A DNA stretch of 64,000 nt from Candidatus Hydrogenedentota bacterium. GTDB lineage: Bacteria > Hydrogenedentota > Hydrogenedentia > Hydrogenedentales > JAEUWI01. Below are positions 40,154-50,251 of this stretch, in pieces. Below the pieces are notes generated by a model, which searched no databases, was not told the origin of the DNA, and saw nothing but the letters and a program-made list of their open reading frames with translations. The stretch lies in the NCBI GenBank assembly GCA_034669905.1, contig JAXMOL010000004.1:1-64000 (forward strand). Direction: 5' to 3'. Both the position numbers and the translations under genes were made by a program. Position 1 is the stretch's first letter. The number at the start of each line of letters is the position of its first letter.

Positions 40154-41095
40154 ATGGGACTGAATCCGATAGATCGCTCGAAAGAGCAACGCCCTCAAAC
40201 GGCCTCACCAGAGATCCTGGTCATTGGTGGTGGCAAGGGCGGCGTGGGAAAGACCTGCTTCTCCGTCAATACGGCCGTGGAAGTGGCCCGCCGTGGCTGG
40301 CGCGTTATCCTGCTTGATGCCGATCTCAGCTGTTCCAATATTGAAACTGTGCTGGGTTTTCGTTCGGAAAAACGCCTGGATGATTTCTTCCTGCAGAAGG
40401 GCAAGAAACAACTCCAGGAAATCGTGTGCCAGACGCCCTATCCGAATCTGAGCCTCATACCCGGCACCAGCGGCCTGATGGATGCCGCCAATCCCCGCTT
40501 TCAGCAGAAGGTAGCGCTTATCCGGGAGTTGCGCCGGCTGGACGCCGATCTGGTCATGGTGGACTTGGACGCCGGTGCCCATCTGAACACCCTGGATTTC
40601 TTCCTGATGACCAATACCAACGGGGTCCTGGTCATTACCCCCGAGCGAACCAGTATCGACAACGCCTTCAAGTTCTTACGGGCTGCCTTATTTCGGCGCA
40701 TCGAGCGCTTTTATCGGAGTCCCGAAGTGGGCTTTCTCCTCAAGCGCAATGAAACCCTGACGGATTTTCTGATATCGATCAAGAAAGCGGACTGTTTTAA
40801 GACGTCCGTGAAAAAGCAGCTTTGTGATGAGTTGCTCGCCCTGGCGGCGGCATTCCGGCCCAAGATCGTGGTGAGCAAAGCCAGTAACGCCCATGAAGCC
40901 AAGATAGCGGCCACCATACTCGCCAAGTTCGCACGACAGCATCTCTGTATTGAGACGGAGAATCTGGGCTTTGTCTATTTTGATAAGTACGTTTCCGAAG
41001 CGGTAAACTCCGGGGTACCCTTCGTGGTGGGAAAACCACAACTGAAGATTTCAGGCTGCATCGTCGACATGGCGAACCGATTAGGATATTTTTAA
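40154..41095 (+). CDS. MinD/FlhG (ParA-superfamily) ATPase
   Basis: Deviant Walker A KGGVGKT, plus LLDAD, VDLDAG and VITPERTS motifs. Confidence 0.85.
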   Translation: MGLNPIDRSKEQRPQTASPEILVIGGGKGGVGKTCFSVNTAVEVARRGWRVILLDADLSCSNIETVLGFRSEKRLDDFFLQKGKKQLQEIVCQTPYPNLSLIPGTSGLMDAANPRFQQKVALIRELRRLDADLVMVDLDAGAHLNTLDFFLMTNTNGVLVITPERTSIDNAFKFLRAALFRRIERFYRSPEVGFLLKRNETLTDFLISIKKADCFKTSVKKQLCDELLALAAAFRPKIVVSKASNAHEAKIAATILAKFARQHLCIETENLGFVYFDKYVSEAVNSGVPFVVGKPQLKISGCIVDMANRLGYF

Positions 41096-41097
41096 TT

Positions 41098-41808
41098 ATG
41101 GCGCAAGATGACGTGAAAAAGGCCGAAAACACCCCCTTGGAACTCGACTTTGAGGCAGATGATGATTTCGACAAGCTGGACAAGGCCGGAAAGAAGGGGC
41201 TCTTGGGCCGCTTTAACAGCCGCTTTAATGACAAACTTCAGACCAGCCGAGGCCACGAACGCCAGCGGGATGCCGTTGCTGAAACGGCCAGCGCACCCAG
41301 TGCCAACGTGGATGAGCTGGCGATGCGGCGGGCTCGTACCGTGAGCAGTCAACGCATGATCATCCCCGAAGGGGTCATTATTGAAGGTTCGCTCAGCAGT
41401 GCCTCGGACACCGAAATCGGTGGACGGATCGAAGGTAATATCACCATTGAGGGACGCCTGCACCTCGGGCCCAGTGCCCTGATTTCCGGCAACGTACGGG
41501 CCGGTGCCTGCAAGATTGAAGGGCTGGTTGAAGGCAAGGTGGAGTGCTCGGAAGATCTCGAATTGGGACCCACCGGAAGATTAAATGCCGATATTCTTGC
41601 CGGGAAGCGAATACATATTGCAGGTCAGGTGTATGGTAATGTGACGACGCCCGGCATCTTGCGTCTGGCCGCCACGTCCGCCATTCATGGCGACGTTCGT
41701 GCCCGCAGCCTCGCGATGGAGGAAGGGGCAACCTTGAATGGCCAGTGTGTGATGCGTGCGCCGTCCCAGCAGCAACCGCAAACCGAAGGCAGTAAAAAGA
41801 AGAAGTAG
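41098..41808 (+). CDS. Bactofilin (polymer-forming cytoskeletal protein)
   Basis: Beta-helix repeats from IIPEGVIIEG to EEGATLNGQCVM, after an ~85-aa charged N-terminal tail. Confidence 0.88.
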   Translation: MAQDDVKKAENTPLELDFEADDDFDKLDKAGKKGLLGRFNSRFNDKLQTSRGHERQRDAVAETASAPSANVDELAMRRARTVSSQRMIIPEGVIIEGSLSSASDTEIGGRIEGNITIEGRLHLGPSALISGNVRAGACKIEGLVEGKVECSEDLELGPTGRLNADILAGKRIHIAGQVYGNVTTPGILRLAATSAIHGDVRARSLAMEEGATLNGQCVMRAPSQQQPQTEGSKKKK

Positions 41809-41814
41809 CACACC

Positions 41815-42495
41815 ATGTATTTCGATCCACTCTATATGCTCATTATTTTCGTCACGATGGGCCTCTCTCTCTGGGCCCAGGCCAAAGTAAAAGGTGCCTA
41901 CAACAAGTATTCCCAGATCGGAAGTCGTTCCGGGATGACGGGCGCCGATATCGCCCAGTGGATGATGGACCGGGAAGGTATTCACGATGTGGCGCTGGAA
42001 CAGGTGGCCGGTGAGTTAACCGATCACTATGACCCCGCTGCCAAGGTGGTTCGTCTGTCCCAGGGCGTCTACAGCGGACGGAGTATCGCGGCCCTTGGGA
42101 TCGCCGCCCACGAGGTGGGCCATGTGATTCAGCATGCCCACGGCTACGCTCCCTTGCATCTTCGTTCCATTATGTATCCCACGGCAAGCATCGGTACGAA
42201 ATTGGCCTTCCCGCTGATCTTTATCGGGATCATTGCCGCGCCCCTGCACTTCCTCACGACCGTGGGCGTACTCTTGTTCGCGGCGGCGACGGCGTTCACG
42301 TTGGTGACGCTCCCGGTAGAGTTTAATGCCAGCAGCCGGGCTCTCCATGCCCTGGAAAACGGTAACATCCTCACTGCGGACGAAATGCCGGGTGCCCGCT
42401 CTGTGCTGGGTGCGGCCGCCTGGACCTACGTGGCGGCAGCCGTCGCATCGGTCTTGATGCTTTTGTATTACATCTCACTGGCGAACCGGCGATAG
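41815..42495 (+). CDS. YugP-family membrane zinc metallopeptidase
   Basis: LTDHYDP, AAHEVGH, TLPVEFNAS and AAAWTYVAA motifs. Confidence 0.92.
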   Translation: MYFDPLYMLIIFVTMGLSLWAQAKVKGAYNKYSQIGSRSGMTGADIAQWMMDREGIHDVALEQVAGELTDHYDPAAKVVRLSQGVYSGRSIAALGIAAHEVGHVIQHAHGYAPLHLRSIMYPTASIGTKLAFPLIFIGIIAAPLHFLTTVGVLLFAAATAFTLVTLPVEFNASSRALHALENGNILTADEMPGARSVLGAAAWTYVAAAVASVLMLLYYISLANRR

Positions 42496-42520
42496 CGCAC
42501 GTAGCAGAAAACGGGGCCTT

Positions 42521-43651
42521 GTGAACCTATTTCGAAATGTACTGTGTGGCTGGAGCATCGTCCTGATGCTCCAGCTTTGCCTTTCTGCGGCGGCCGCTGA
42601 GGGTGAGTTGCGCCTGCGGGTGCGGGGTTCCGCTGCGGGGGTCGGTTTCGCCGCCCACCGGGAAGCCGTGGTTGCGGCCCAGCACGAAGTCATGCGGGAG
42701 ATTCTACGTTCCAAAGTGGCATCGGGCGACCTCCGTCCATTCCGTAGCATGATCCGCAAGGCGGAGCACTATGTGACGCGGGTGGAGGAGCTCCATATCG
42801 ACAACCACGAGGGCGAGACCCGGGTGGAAGTAGATGCCTACGTGGATATGGCCTCTGTGGAGCAGGATCTCGCCACGCTCGTATTGCCCCGGCTGCCCAC
42901 GCCACCCACCGTATCCTGTCTGATCGCCATCGAAACGGGCGGTGCGGTGGAGGTAGAGTCTCCGGGTACGACCGAAGAAGCCCTGGTAAAGGGGCTGGAG
43001 AACCTGGGCCTCGATGCACGGGCCCACACCGCCCACGACGCCCTGTTTTCCACCTCCGATTACCACGATGCCGTACTGGGGGATCTGACGGCAAGTGCCC
43101 GGTACGCCCGGGAAACCCTGGCAGACGTGGTATTGATTGGGGTGGTTTCGCTTGAGCGGAGTGAATCTCAAGACGGTGGCACAGCCGGTAGAACGCGGGC
43201 CAGTCTTAATCTTAAAGTCTTGCGGGGAAACGATGGGGATTTGCTGGACGTCTTTGCCCGCTCTGCCGCGATTACGGGCCTCGATCCTCAAAGTTGCCGG
43301 GAAGAGGTGCTCCGTGACGTGGCCGCAAAGGTGGTGGGGGATGTTACCGTGTCGACCGTGCTCTCCGTCCTCAGCATGCAAAAGCAGGACGAGGTGCTGA
43401 TCACGGTCCAGAATCCGGGAGCCCGCTCTCGCCTCGCGGCGTTTACGGAAGTCTTCCAGCGGGAGCCCCTGATCGATTCCATATCGGAGTCCTTTTTCTC
43501 GGAACGACTGGCCCGGATACGGCTCGGCTACACGGGGAGTCTCGCCTACCTCGTCGACCAGATTGACCAACAAATCTATGAAGGGTGGCGCCTCGAGGTC
43601 AACGAAGTCGTCGGCCGCGAGATGACCCTGTCATTCATCCCCCAGGAGTGA
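42521..43651 (+). CDS. Hypothetical secreted protein
   Basis: Sec-type signal ending in AAAA-E and a long ORF in the operon. Family uncertain. Confidence 0.65.
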   Translation: MNLFRNVLCGWSIVLMLQLCLSAAAAEGELRLRVRGSAAGVGFAAHREAVVAAQHEVMREILRSKVASGDLRPFRSMIRKAEHYVTRVEELHIDNHEGETRVEVDAYVDMASVEQDLATLVLPRLPTPPTVSCLIAIETGGAVEVESPGTTEEALVKGLENLGLDARAHTAHDALFSTSDYHDAVLGDLTASARYARETLADVVLIGVVSLERSESQDGGTAGRTRASLNLKVLRGNDGDLLDVFARSAAITGLDPQSCREEVLRDVAAKVVGDVTVSTVLSVLSMQKQDEVLITVQNPGARSRLAAFTEVFQREPLIDSISESFFSERLARIRLGYTGSLAYLVDQIDQQIYEGWRLEVNEVVGREMTLSFIPQE

Positions 43652-44705
43652 GTGGGCCGATCCCGTAGGGTTCTATTTGGGCTGCCGGGTGTTCAGAAGG
43701 CGACATGGTCCCCAGCGTTTCAAGGTCCGCAGCCGCGGCAGGATCCAGGTAGAGCTCATTCCAATACCGTAGCGCCATCCCCCTTGTAACCAGGGGAAGT
43801 TCCTCTGGACCGGTCCCCAGCAAAAGGTCCAGTCCAGCCGAGACTTCCCGGTACCCGAAGTGACTGCGGATAGGGGTCGTACCCGAGTACCGGGGATTTA
43901 TTTCAAAACAAACCGGGCCCCGGGGGGTATCCCTCAGCTGGATGTTACAGGGGCCAAGGGGCCGTAGTTTTCCCACGATACGCTCTGCCTCGGCACGAAC
44001 GGCAGAGTATTCACCCAGTGATGCCCGATAGGTGGTACCCGCGAGGAGTTCCCGTTTCATGCAGCAACTGGGGGCAAGGGTGCCATCGCCATAGTGAAAA
44101 CAGCCCACCGTGTATTCGTCGTCTTCAGTGCCCAACATTTCCTGGATAAGATAGTTGTCCTTCCCCAGGACATAGTCCAGATCCCGTTGATTGACAACCT
44201 CAACGAGTCCCCGGGAACCACCGCCCCGCCGGGGTTTGGCGATCAGGGGAAAGCCGCACTGGGCGACCAACGTCTCAACGGCCTGCTGGTCGGAAACTTC
44301 GGCATAGGCAGGATGGGCCAGACCGTGTTGCGACAGCCAGTGGCAGGTACGTAGCTTGTCGTCGCCGATTTCCATCACCGCTTCCGAACTGCAGAGGATA
44401 CGTGCCCCCGTCTCGTCTTCGATCCGGTGCTTGTGACGGGCCATCGCCATCAAGACGGGTTCCGCCCCGGAGAGGATGACCGATACGGATTCCGCCTTTA
44501 CACATGCGAGCAGCCAGGGAAGAAAATCGGGGTCATGGGCCCAAGGAGAAACGAACGCCTTGTCGACCGTATAGAGGCCCATCTGGGGCGGCGAAATGTC
44601 GGCGCCCAACACCCGCATGGGCCGTCCGTCGTGTCGCAGTCCCTTCAGAATGCCTTGACTCACGTTGCCGCCCACCGCCAGCACGAGTACGGTCGGATTG
44701 CTCAC
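43635..44705 (-). CDS. ATP-grasp domain protein (CPSase-like)
   Basis: DDKL, FPLIAKPRRGGGSRG, IQE and FEINPR motifs. GTGA overlap with the upstream glycosyltransferase. Confidence 0.85.
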   Translation of the reverse strand: MSNPTVLVLAVGGNVSQGILKGLRHDGRPMRVLGADISPPQMGLYTVDKAFVSPWAHDPDFLPWLLACVKAESVSVILSGAEPVLMAMARHKHRIEDETGARILCSSEAVMEIGDDKLRTCHWLSQHGLAHPAYAEVSDQQAVETLVAQCGFPLIAKPRRGGGSRGLVEVVNQRDLDYVLGKDNYLIQEMLGTEDDEYTVGCFHYGDGTLAPSCCMKRELLAGTTYRASLGEYSAVRAEAERIVGKLRPLGPCNIQLRDTPRGPVCFEINPRYSGTTPIRSHFGYREVSAGLDLLLGTGPEELPLVTRGMALRYWNELYLDPAAAADLETLGTMSPSEHPAAQIEPYGIGPLTPGG

Positions 44706-45670
44706 GGGCCGGTTTCCTCTCGAATCACGAAGTAGGGCTTGGCCTGTACCTCGATATAGATACGCCCTACATATTCGCAGAGCAGACCGGTGGCCACCAA
44801 TTGGCAACCAGAGAGGAAAAAGAAGATGGCCACCACCGAGCCCATCGTATTGATGTCGCCCACGGTCAGACGGATATAGGCCACCCATAGGCTCATGAAG
44901 AACCCGATGGCGGCAAAGCCCCAGCCCAGAAGGCCTATAAACTGCAAGGGCGCTGCGGAGATGCTGGTCACCAGGTCGAAGGCCGTACGCACCAATTTCA
45001 ACAGGCCGTATTTGCTCGTTCCATGGCTCCGTTCATCGTGCCGGACTTCCACTTCGGCCACCCGGCCGCCGAGGGCTGCCGCATCCACGGGAAGGTAGCG
45101 GCAGCGGTGGGTGAGAGTCAGCATGTGCTCCACCATCTCACGGCGAAAGGCCTTGAGCGCACAGCCATAGTCATGGAGGGGCACCTTGGTACTCTTCGCA
45201 ATATAGTGATTCAGGATGCGTGACGCGCCCGTACGGAAGAGACTGTCCTTGCGCTGAGAACGCCAGCCACTGACCATGTCGTAGCCTTCGTCCAATTTGC
45301 CAAAAAGGACGGGGATATCCTCCGGATAATTCTGAAGGTCGGCGTCCAACATCGCCACATAACGACCCCGTGCACGGGAAAATCCGGCATAAAGCGCAGG
45401 ACTCTGGCCAAAGTTACGCGTGAACACAATGACGCGGATAGCTTTTTCCCGCTCAGCCCATTCCTTCAATCGGACACTACTACCGTCACTGCTACCATCA
45501 TCCACGAAGATCACTTCGTAGGAGCCTTCCATCGCCGCGAGGGTGTCTAAGAGTCGTCTCACGAGTTCGTCGAGTGTATCGATTTCGTTAAAGACGGGTA
45601 CGACCACCGAATAGTCCGGTGTTGGAGCCGTTTTCGTGTGGGATGGGGTGGGGTCAGTGGGTGTCGTCAT
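44702..45670 (-). CDS. ArnC/GtrB-like polyprenol-phosphate glycosyltransferase (GT2)
   Basis: VVVPVFNE, VDDGSSDGS, RNFGQ and DADLQ motifs, with two C-terminal TMs ending EYVGRIY. Confidence 0.9.
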   Translation of the reverse strand: MTTPTDPTPSHTKTAPTPDYSVVVPVFNEIDTLDELVRRLLDTLAAMEGSYEVIFVDDGSSDGSSVRLKEWAEREKAIRVIVFTRNFGQSPALYAGFSRARGRYVAMLDADLQNYPEDIPVLFGKLDEGYDMVSGWRSQRKDSLFRTGASRILNHYIAKSTKVPLHDYGCALKAFRREMVEHMLTLTHRCRYLPVDAAALGGRVAEVEVRHDERSHGTSKYGLLKLVRTAFDLVTSISAAPLQFIGLLGWGFAAIGFFMSLWVAYIRLTVGDINTMGSVVAIFFFLSGCQLVATGLLCEYVGRIYIEVQAKPYFVIREETGP

Positions 45671-45789
45671 GTGCCAGAGCATAGTACAGGATTCTCCCAT
45701 TTTGCAACGGACCCACACAGCGGGACAGCAATTCACCTCGGGAAGCATCCGAGGTGCGGGATTTACGGGGTCGTCGCATCGCAATATGC

Positions 45790-45818
45790 TTGACCAATTC
45801 GAGCAGATCGCCTATCCT
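45790..45818 (+). promoter_or_regulatory. Candidate sigma70 promoter
   Basis: TTGACC-N17-TATCCT upstream of the porin pair. Confidence 0.45.
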
Positions 45819-45903
45819 GTTCAGACTGTGGGGTGTGCGTTACCGGCGTGTGGAGTGAGCCCGGGCGCTACCCATCGTCACCACCAGGAAGGATGGACGC
45901 ACG

Positions 45904-47409
45904 ATGGTAAGATACGGGGTACTTGTGGCGATTGCGCTGCTGGCGGGCAGTACGGTCGCCGAACTGCAGCAGGTGGAAGTCGGCGGCGAAATTCGGATTC
46001 GCGGACGACACTGGAACAGCAATTACAGCCGCAGCTTCATCGGGGTCGGCACGCCGCGCTATGAAAACTACCATTTTGCAGCCCGCCCTTTGGGGCCATT
46101 CGGTTTGCTGAGTCGTTTCGATTTCGACAATCGCGGAGACGATTTTACCTTTGTCGAACACAATACCCGGCTCTTTGTGAAGGCCGATTTTACCGATGAC
46201 GTCACCTCCTTCGTAGAATTTGAAAGCTTCAATATCTGGGGTTCCGATTTTCGAAGCAACTATCTCTCCGGGCAGGATGTATCGGGGGGCAGCGATGTGC
46301 AGCTCTATCAGGCGTACCTCGAAACCCGTCACCTCTTCGGCCTTCCGATTCGGGTGCGGGCCGGACGGCAGGAAATGCAGCTTGGAAAGGGATGGCTGGT
46401 GGGGGACAGTATTACCCCGGCCCTGGGTGTCAGTTTCGACGGTATCCGACTCACCTACGAGAATGCCGGGTGGGTCCTGGATGGCTGGTGGCACAAACTC
46501 GAGGAACGTAACCGGGGGGATGGCGATGTGGATTTTTATGGGATTTACGGTACCTATAGCGGCTTGGAATCGGTCAACCTGAGCGCCTATTGGCTGCTTG
46601 TACGGGATGGAGCGGTCCCCGTGGACACGACCGGCAGTCTCGGCACCGAGTGGCTAGAGGATCTCTTGGGTCTGGATGACTACGACTCCACCTGGTTACA
46701 CACCGTGGGCACCCGTCTGTGGGGTGCTCATGGAGCATTTGACTACGATTGGGAGCTCTCCTATCAGTTTGGGGAAGCCGACGCCGTCGGGGCCCAGTTT
46801 AACCCCCTGGTCTATGGGGATGACGGGGCCACCTTTGATGCCATCGGGACGGATTTAACCCTGGGATATACCCTCGACCTGCCCTGGTCACCCCGTGTCT
46901 ATGTGGGGGCGGCCTATCTGGAAGGTGAAGACAACCGGGACTTTCGATTTGGCGATAGGCTCTTGCATGGCCTGCGGGACACAGAATCCAGCATCTCCTT
47001 CAATCGTTTATTCAGTGACTATGGATATGGTTTGCTGTTGGATATCAATTCGGAGCTCTCCAACTTCCGCCAGGTACGGGCGGGATTTACGGTGAAACCG
47101 ACGGAAAAGCTCTCTGGAGGTCTCCGCGTGGCTTATTGGGAATTCAACGAGACCTTTGCCACGCCCGTCGTTCCGTTTCTACCGTTCTGGAATCGCGCGC
47201 ATGATGATAGCCTGGGATGGACGACCTTCCTGGTGGGCAAGTACCGATACAGCGACGACCTATCCTTTGGCCTGATCTGGGAGCATCTCTTTACAGGAAG
47301 AGGTCTGGAGGAGGGTAATTTTCTTTCCCGCAATGCCCTGGAGTTTACTGGCGGGACGGATGATGAGGATGCGGACTATATTCACTTTGACATTCATGTC
47401 ACCTTTTGA
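45904..47409 (+). CDS. Alginate-export (AlgE-like) outer-membrane beta-barrel, copy 1
   Basis: Signal peptide, LYQAY, RAGRQEM and SFDGIR motifs, and a C-terminal Phe beta-signal. Confidence 0.75.
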   Translation: MVRYGVLVAIALLAGSTVAELQQVEVGGEIRIRGRHWNSNYSRSFIGVGTPRYENYHFAARPLGPFGLLSRFDFDNRGDDFTFVEHNTRLFVKADFTDDVTSFVEFESFNIWGSDFRSNYLSGQDVSGGSDVQLYQAYLETRHLFGLPIRVRAGRQEMQLGKGWLVGDSITPALGVSFDGIRLTYENAGWVLDGWWHKLEERNRGDGDVDFYGIYGTYSGLESVNLSAYWLLVRDGAVPVDTTGSLGTEWLEDLLGLDDYDSTWLHTVGTRLWGAHGAFDYDWELSYQFGEADAVGAQFNPLVYGDDGATFDAIGTDLTLGYTLDLPWSPRVYVGAAYLEGEDNRDFRFGDRLLHGLRDTESSISFNRLFSDYGYGLLLDINSELSNFRQVRAGFTVKPTEKLSGGLRVAYWEFNETFATPVVPFLPFWNRAHDDSLGWTTFLVGKYRYSDDLSFGLIWEHLFTGRGLEEGNFLSRNALEFTGGTDDEDADYIHFDIHVTF

Positions 47410-47659
47410 GATAGTCCGCAGGAGAAGTAATCCCCCCCTTTGAACGTTGATTCTACCGCAGGATTCGACTAGGATATTGATGTGGGAAGAAGGGGCGCGT
47501 GGAACCGCAAATCGGGAGTTTGCATCCGCGCGCATTCACGTTCCTATTGCATCGCAGGACGGCTGTCGTGGGCTTCATGCGATGTGCTTTGAAGCTGTCT
47601 TTGTCGGCGTGTCTCCGACTTCCATACGCTGGTCTCTACCTAATGAAAGCAGGAAGAAT

Positions 47660-49168
47660 ATGACAAAGAGACTCATGTTGTGTCTGGCCCTCCTTGGATT
47701 GACAACGGGTGCCGTTGCCGAACTCCAATCGGTGGAGGTCGGGGGGGAAGTGCGAATACGCGGTCGCTTCTGGAACGACAACTACAGTAACGCGGTCGGG
47801 GGACCGGCGACGCCGCGGTATACGGGGTCGAATTTTGCCGCCCGCCCGCTTGGGCCCTTCGGGCTTCGTAGCCGCTTTGATTTTGATGATCGGGGGAGCG
47901 ATTTGGCCTATGTCGAGCATCGTACACGCCTGAACGTGAAAGCAAACTTCACCGATGACGTCAGCACGCTGGTTGAATTCGAAAGCTTCGACATCTGGGG
48001 CAGCGACTTCCGCAGCAATTATATCTCCGGCTTAGATGGGGCGGGGGGATCGGATGTGCAACTTTATCAGGCCTATATGGAAACCCGAAACACCTTCGGA
48101 TTGCCGCTGCGAATGCGTGCCGGCCGCCAGGAGATGAAGCTTGGAAAAGGATGGCTGGTCGACGACATCACGACTGCCATTATTGGACGTTCCTTCGACG
48201 GTATCCGTCTGACGTATGCGCAAAACGGCATTGAAGTGGATGGTTGGTGGACCAAGCTTTCCGAGACCTTTTCAGGCGATGATGACGTCGATTTCTACGG
48301 CCTCTACGGCACCTATAGCGCCCTGGAAAGTGTCAATGTCTCCCTCTATTGGATGCTGATTCGGGATGGCGTGACCGCCACCGATACGACACTCGGACCG
48401 GGTGGTGAGTGGGTGGAAGACCTCTTTGGTGTGGATGATTACAGTCCCACCACCTTACATACCATCGGCACGCGAATCTGGGGCGACGTGGGTTCCTTTG
48501 ACTACGATTGGGAACTGGCCTATCAATTTGGCGAAGCCGATAACGTGGGGGCTTTGTTTACCCCAATCGTGTACGGTGATAATGATGCCAACTTCGATGC
48601 AATTGCCACCGACCTGAGTCTGGGCTACACCTTCGACACGACGTGGAATCCCCGGGTTTACCTTGGGGGCGCGTTCTTCGAAGGGGAAGACAATCGGGAC
48701 TTTCGTTTTGGTGACCGACTTCTCAGCGGTATTCGAGGCACCGAATCCAGCGTATCCTTCAACCGCCTCTTCCCGGGAAAACCCTACAGTCTGATCCTCG
48801 GAATCAATCAGGAACTGTCTAATTTCTGGCAGCTCCGCACCGGCGTGAACCTGAAGCCTACCGAGAAGATTTCACTGGCCTTTAAGGTTGCCTATTTCCA
48901 GATTGACGAGGCATTTGAAACCCCCGTTATTCCTTTCATCGCCCCTTGGACAAGAGAAAATGATGAGGAACTGGGGTGGACGACCTTCCTGATGACGAAG
49001 TACCAATACAGCCAGGATGTGTCTATCGCGGTCATTTGGGAGCACCTCTTCACCGGCGACGGTCTTGAGGAAGGAAACTTCTTCGCGCGAAATGGCCTCG
49101 AATTTGTGGGGGGGACCGATGACGACGACGCCGACTACGTCCACTTCGATTTGCAGGTAAAGTTCTAG
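47660..49168 (+). CDS. Alginate-export (AlgE-like) outer-membrane beta-barrel, copy 2
   Basis: Collinear paralog of the upstream gene, with a signal peptide and C-terminal VKF. Confidence 0.75.
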   Translation: MTKRLMLCLALLGLTTGAVAELQSVEVGGEVRIRGRFWNDNYSNAVGGPATPRYTGSNFAARPLGPFGLRSRFDFDDRGSDLAYVEHRTRLNVKANFTDDVSTLVEFESFDIWGSDFRSNYISGLDGAGGSDVQLYQAYMETRNTFGLPLRMRAGRQEMKLGKGWLVDDITTAIIGRSFDGIRLTYAQNGIEVDGWWTKLSETFSGDDDVDFYGLYGTYSALESVNVSLYWMLIRDGVTATDTTLGPGGEWVEDLFGVDDYSPTTLHTIGTRIWGDVGSFDYDWELAYQFGEADNVGALFTPIVYGDNDANFDAIATDLSLGYTFDTTWNPRVYLGGAFFEGEDNRDFRFGDRLLSGIRGTESSVSFNRLFPGKPYSLILGINQELSNFWQLRTGVNLKPTEKISLAFKVAYFQIDEAFETPVIPFIAPWTRENDEELGWTTFLMTKYQYSQDVSIAVIWEHLFTGDGLEEGNFFARNGLEFVGGTDDDDADYVHFDLQVKF

Positions 49169-49226
49169 GGTACCTTCAACTGCCCATCACCCACGACGGG
49201 GTGCGACAATTCGAAGCATGATATCT

Positions 49227-49260
49227 GTGGCCGCAATGGGGCTTCTCCCATTGCGGTCAC
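49227..49260. terminator. Hairpin between convergent genes (terminator or stabiliser)
   Basis: GTGGCCGCAATGGG-GCTTCT-CCCATTGCGGTCAC, a 14-bp stem with a weak U-tract. Confidence 0.55.
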
Positions 49261-49303
49261 GTGTTGTTTAGCGGACAACGAATGGGTGAGACGGGTCGCA
49301 CGC

Positions 49304-50239
49304 TTAGTCTGGCTGGGGAATAGACGTGAGGTTCAGCACGCCCGGCAGGAGGGTAAACGTTGCGGGGAGATAGCCCACAAACTCACCGTCGGCTTCGATC
49401 TCTACGGCATCGGGGCTTGTGACCTCAATTGACACTCCGCGAAGATAACGCACCAGATCCCGACGTTCACTCAGGCGGCCGGCATAGAGTTTGGGCAAAC
49501 TGCGCAGTGCGTCCCAAAAGCCCACCGGGCCGATGTGGTAGCAGTCAAAGAGGCCGTTGTCGAGCCGTGCGTGGGGGGCCATACGCATGCCTCCGGCGTC
49601 ATAACACCCCTTGGCGACGGAGAAGTCTTTGGTGAGACTGTGTGTCGCATCACGTCCGTCGATCGTGATATGGAGCACACTATCGCGGTAGGTCGCCAGC
49701 GTCACCAGGATGGCGCGAAGATAGGATAGGAAGCCCCCGAGGGCCTTGCTGTGTTCGTTTACGTAGCGACAGGCGCTGGCACCAATGCCAACGCGGGCCA
49801 TATTGAGAAAATAGACCGGCTGCGGTGCGTCGGAATGGGGAGGGCGGCATGTTATGCAGCCGACATCGGCCTGCAGGACGGTCGCATTGCCTAAGGCCTC
49901 GATGCCCTGTATTCCCGGGAAGATACCCAGCGAGCGGGCAAGATCCGAACCCGTGCCCATGGGTAGAATCGTGAGGCGGGCATCCCGGTTTATGGGGACG
50001 CCCGCCGAAAACCATCCGTTAATGACTTCAAAATGGGTGCCATCGCCACCAGCGGAAATTATATGGGTGAACCCTTCCCGGAGCAATCCGCGCGTCAAGT
50101 CCGTGGCATGACCCGGTGCGTCAGTGGGGCAGTATTTCATTGGGCCCACCACCGTGCGCAAGGCGCCCTGTAGGGACTGCCAACGCCGGAGGCAGCGGCC
50201 CTGCCCAGCGTGCGGGTTGATGATGATGGCCGTCTTCAA
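49304..50239 (-). CDS. Diacylglycerol-kinase-family lipid kinase (YegS/BmrU)
   Basis: IINPHAG, GGDGT, PMGTGSD and ADGE motifs. Confidence 0.9.
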   Translation of the reverse strand: MKTAIIINPHAGQGRCLRRWQSLQGALRTVVGPMKYCPTDAPGHATDLTRGLLREGFTHIISAGGDGTHFEVINGWFSAGVPINRDARLTILPMGTGSDLARSLGIFPGIQGIEALGNATVLQADVGCITCRPPHSDAPQPVYFLNMARVGIGASACRYVNEHSKALGGFLSYLRAILVTLATYRDSVLHITIDGRDATHSLTKDFSVAKGCYDAGGMRMAPHARLDNGLFDCYHIGPVGFWDALRSLPKLYAGRLSERRDLVRYLRGVSIEVTSPDAVEIEADGEFVGYLPATFTLLPGVLNLTSIPQPD

Positions 50240-50251
50240 GCCCCGGGTACC

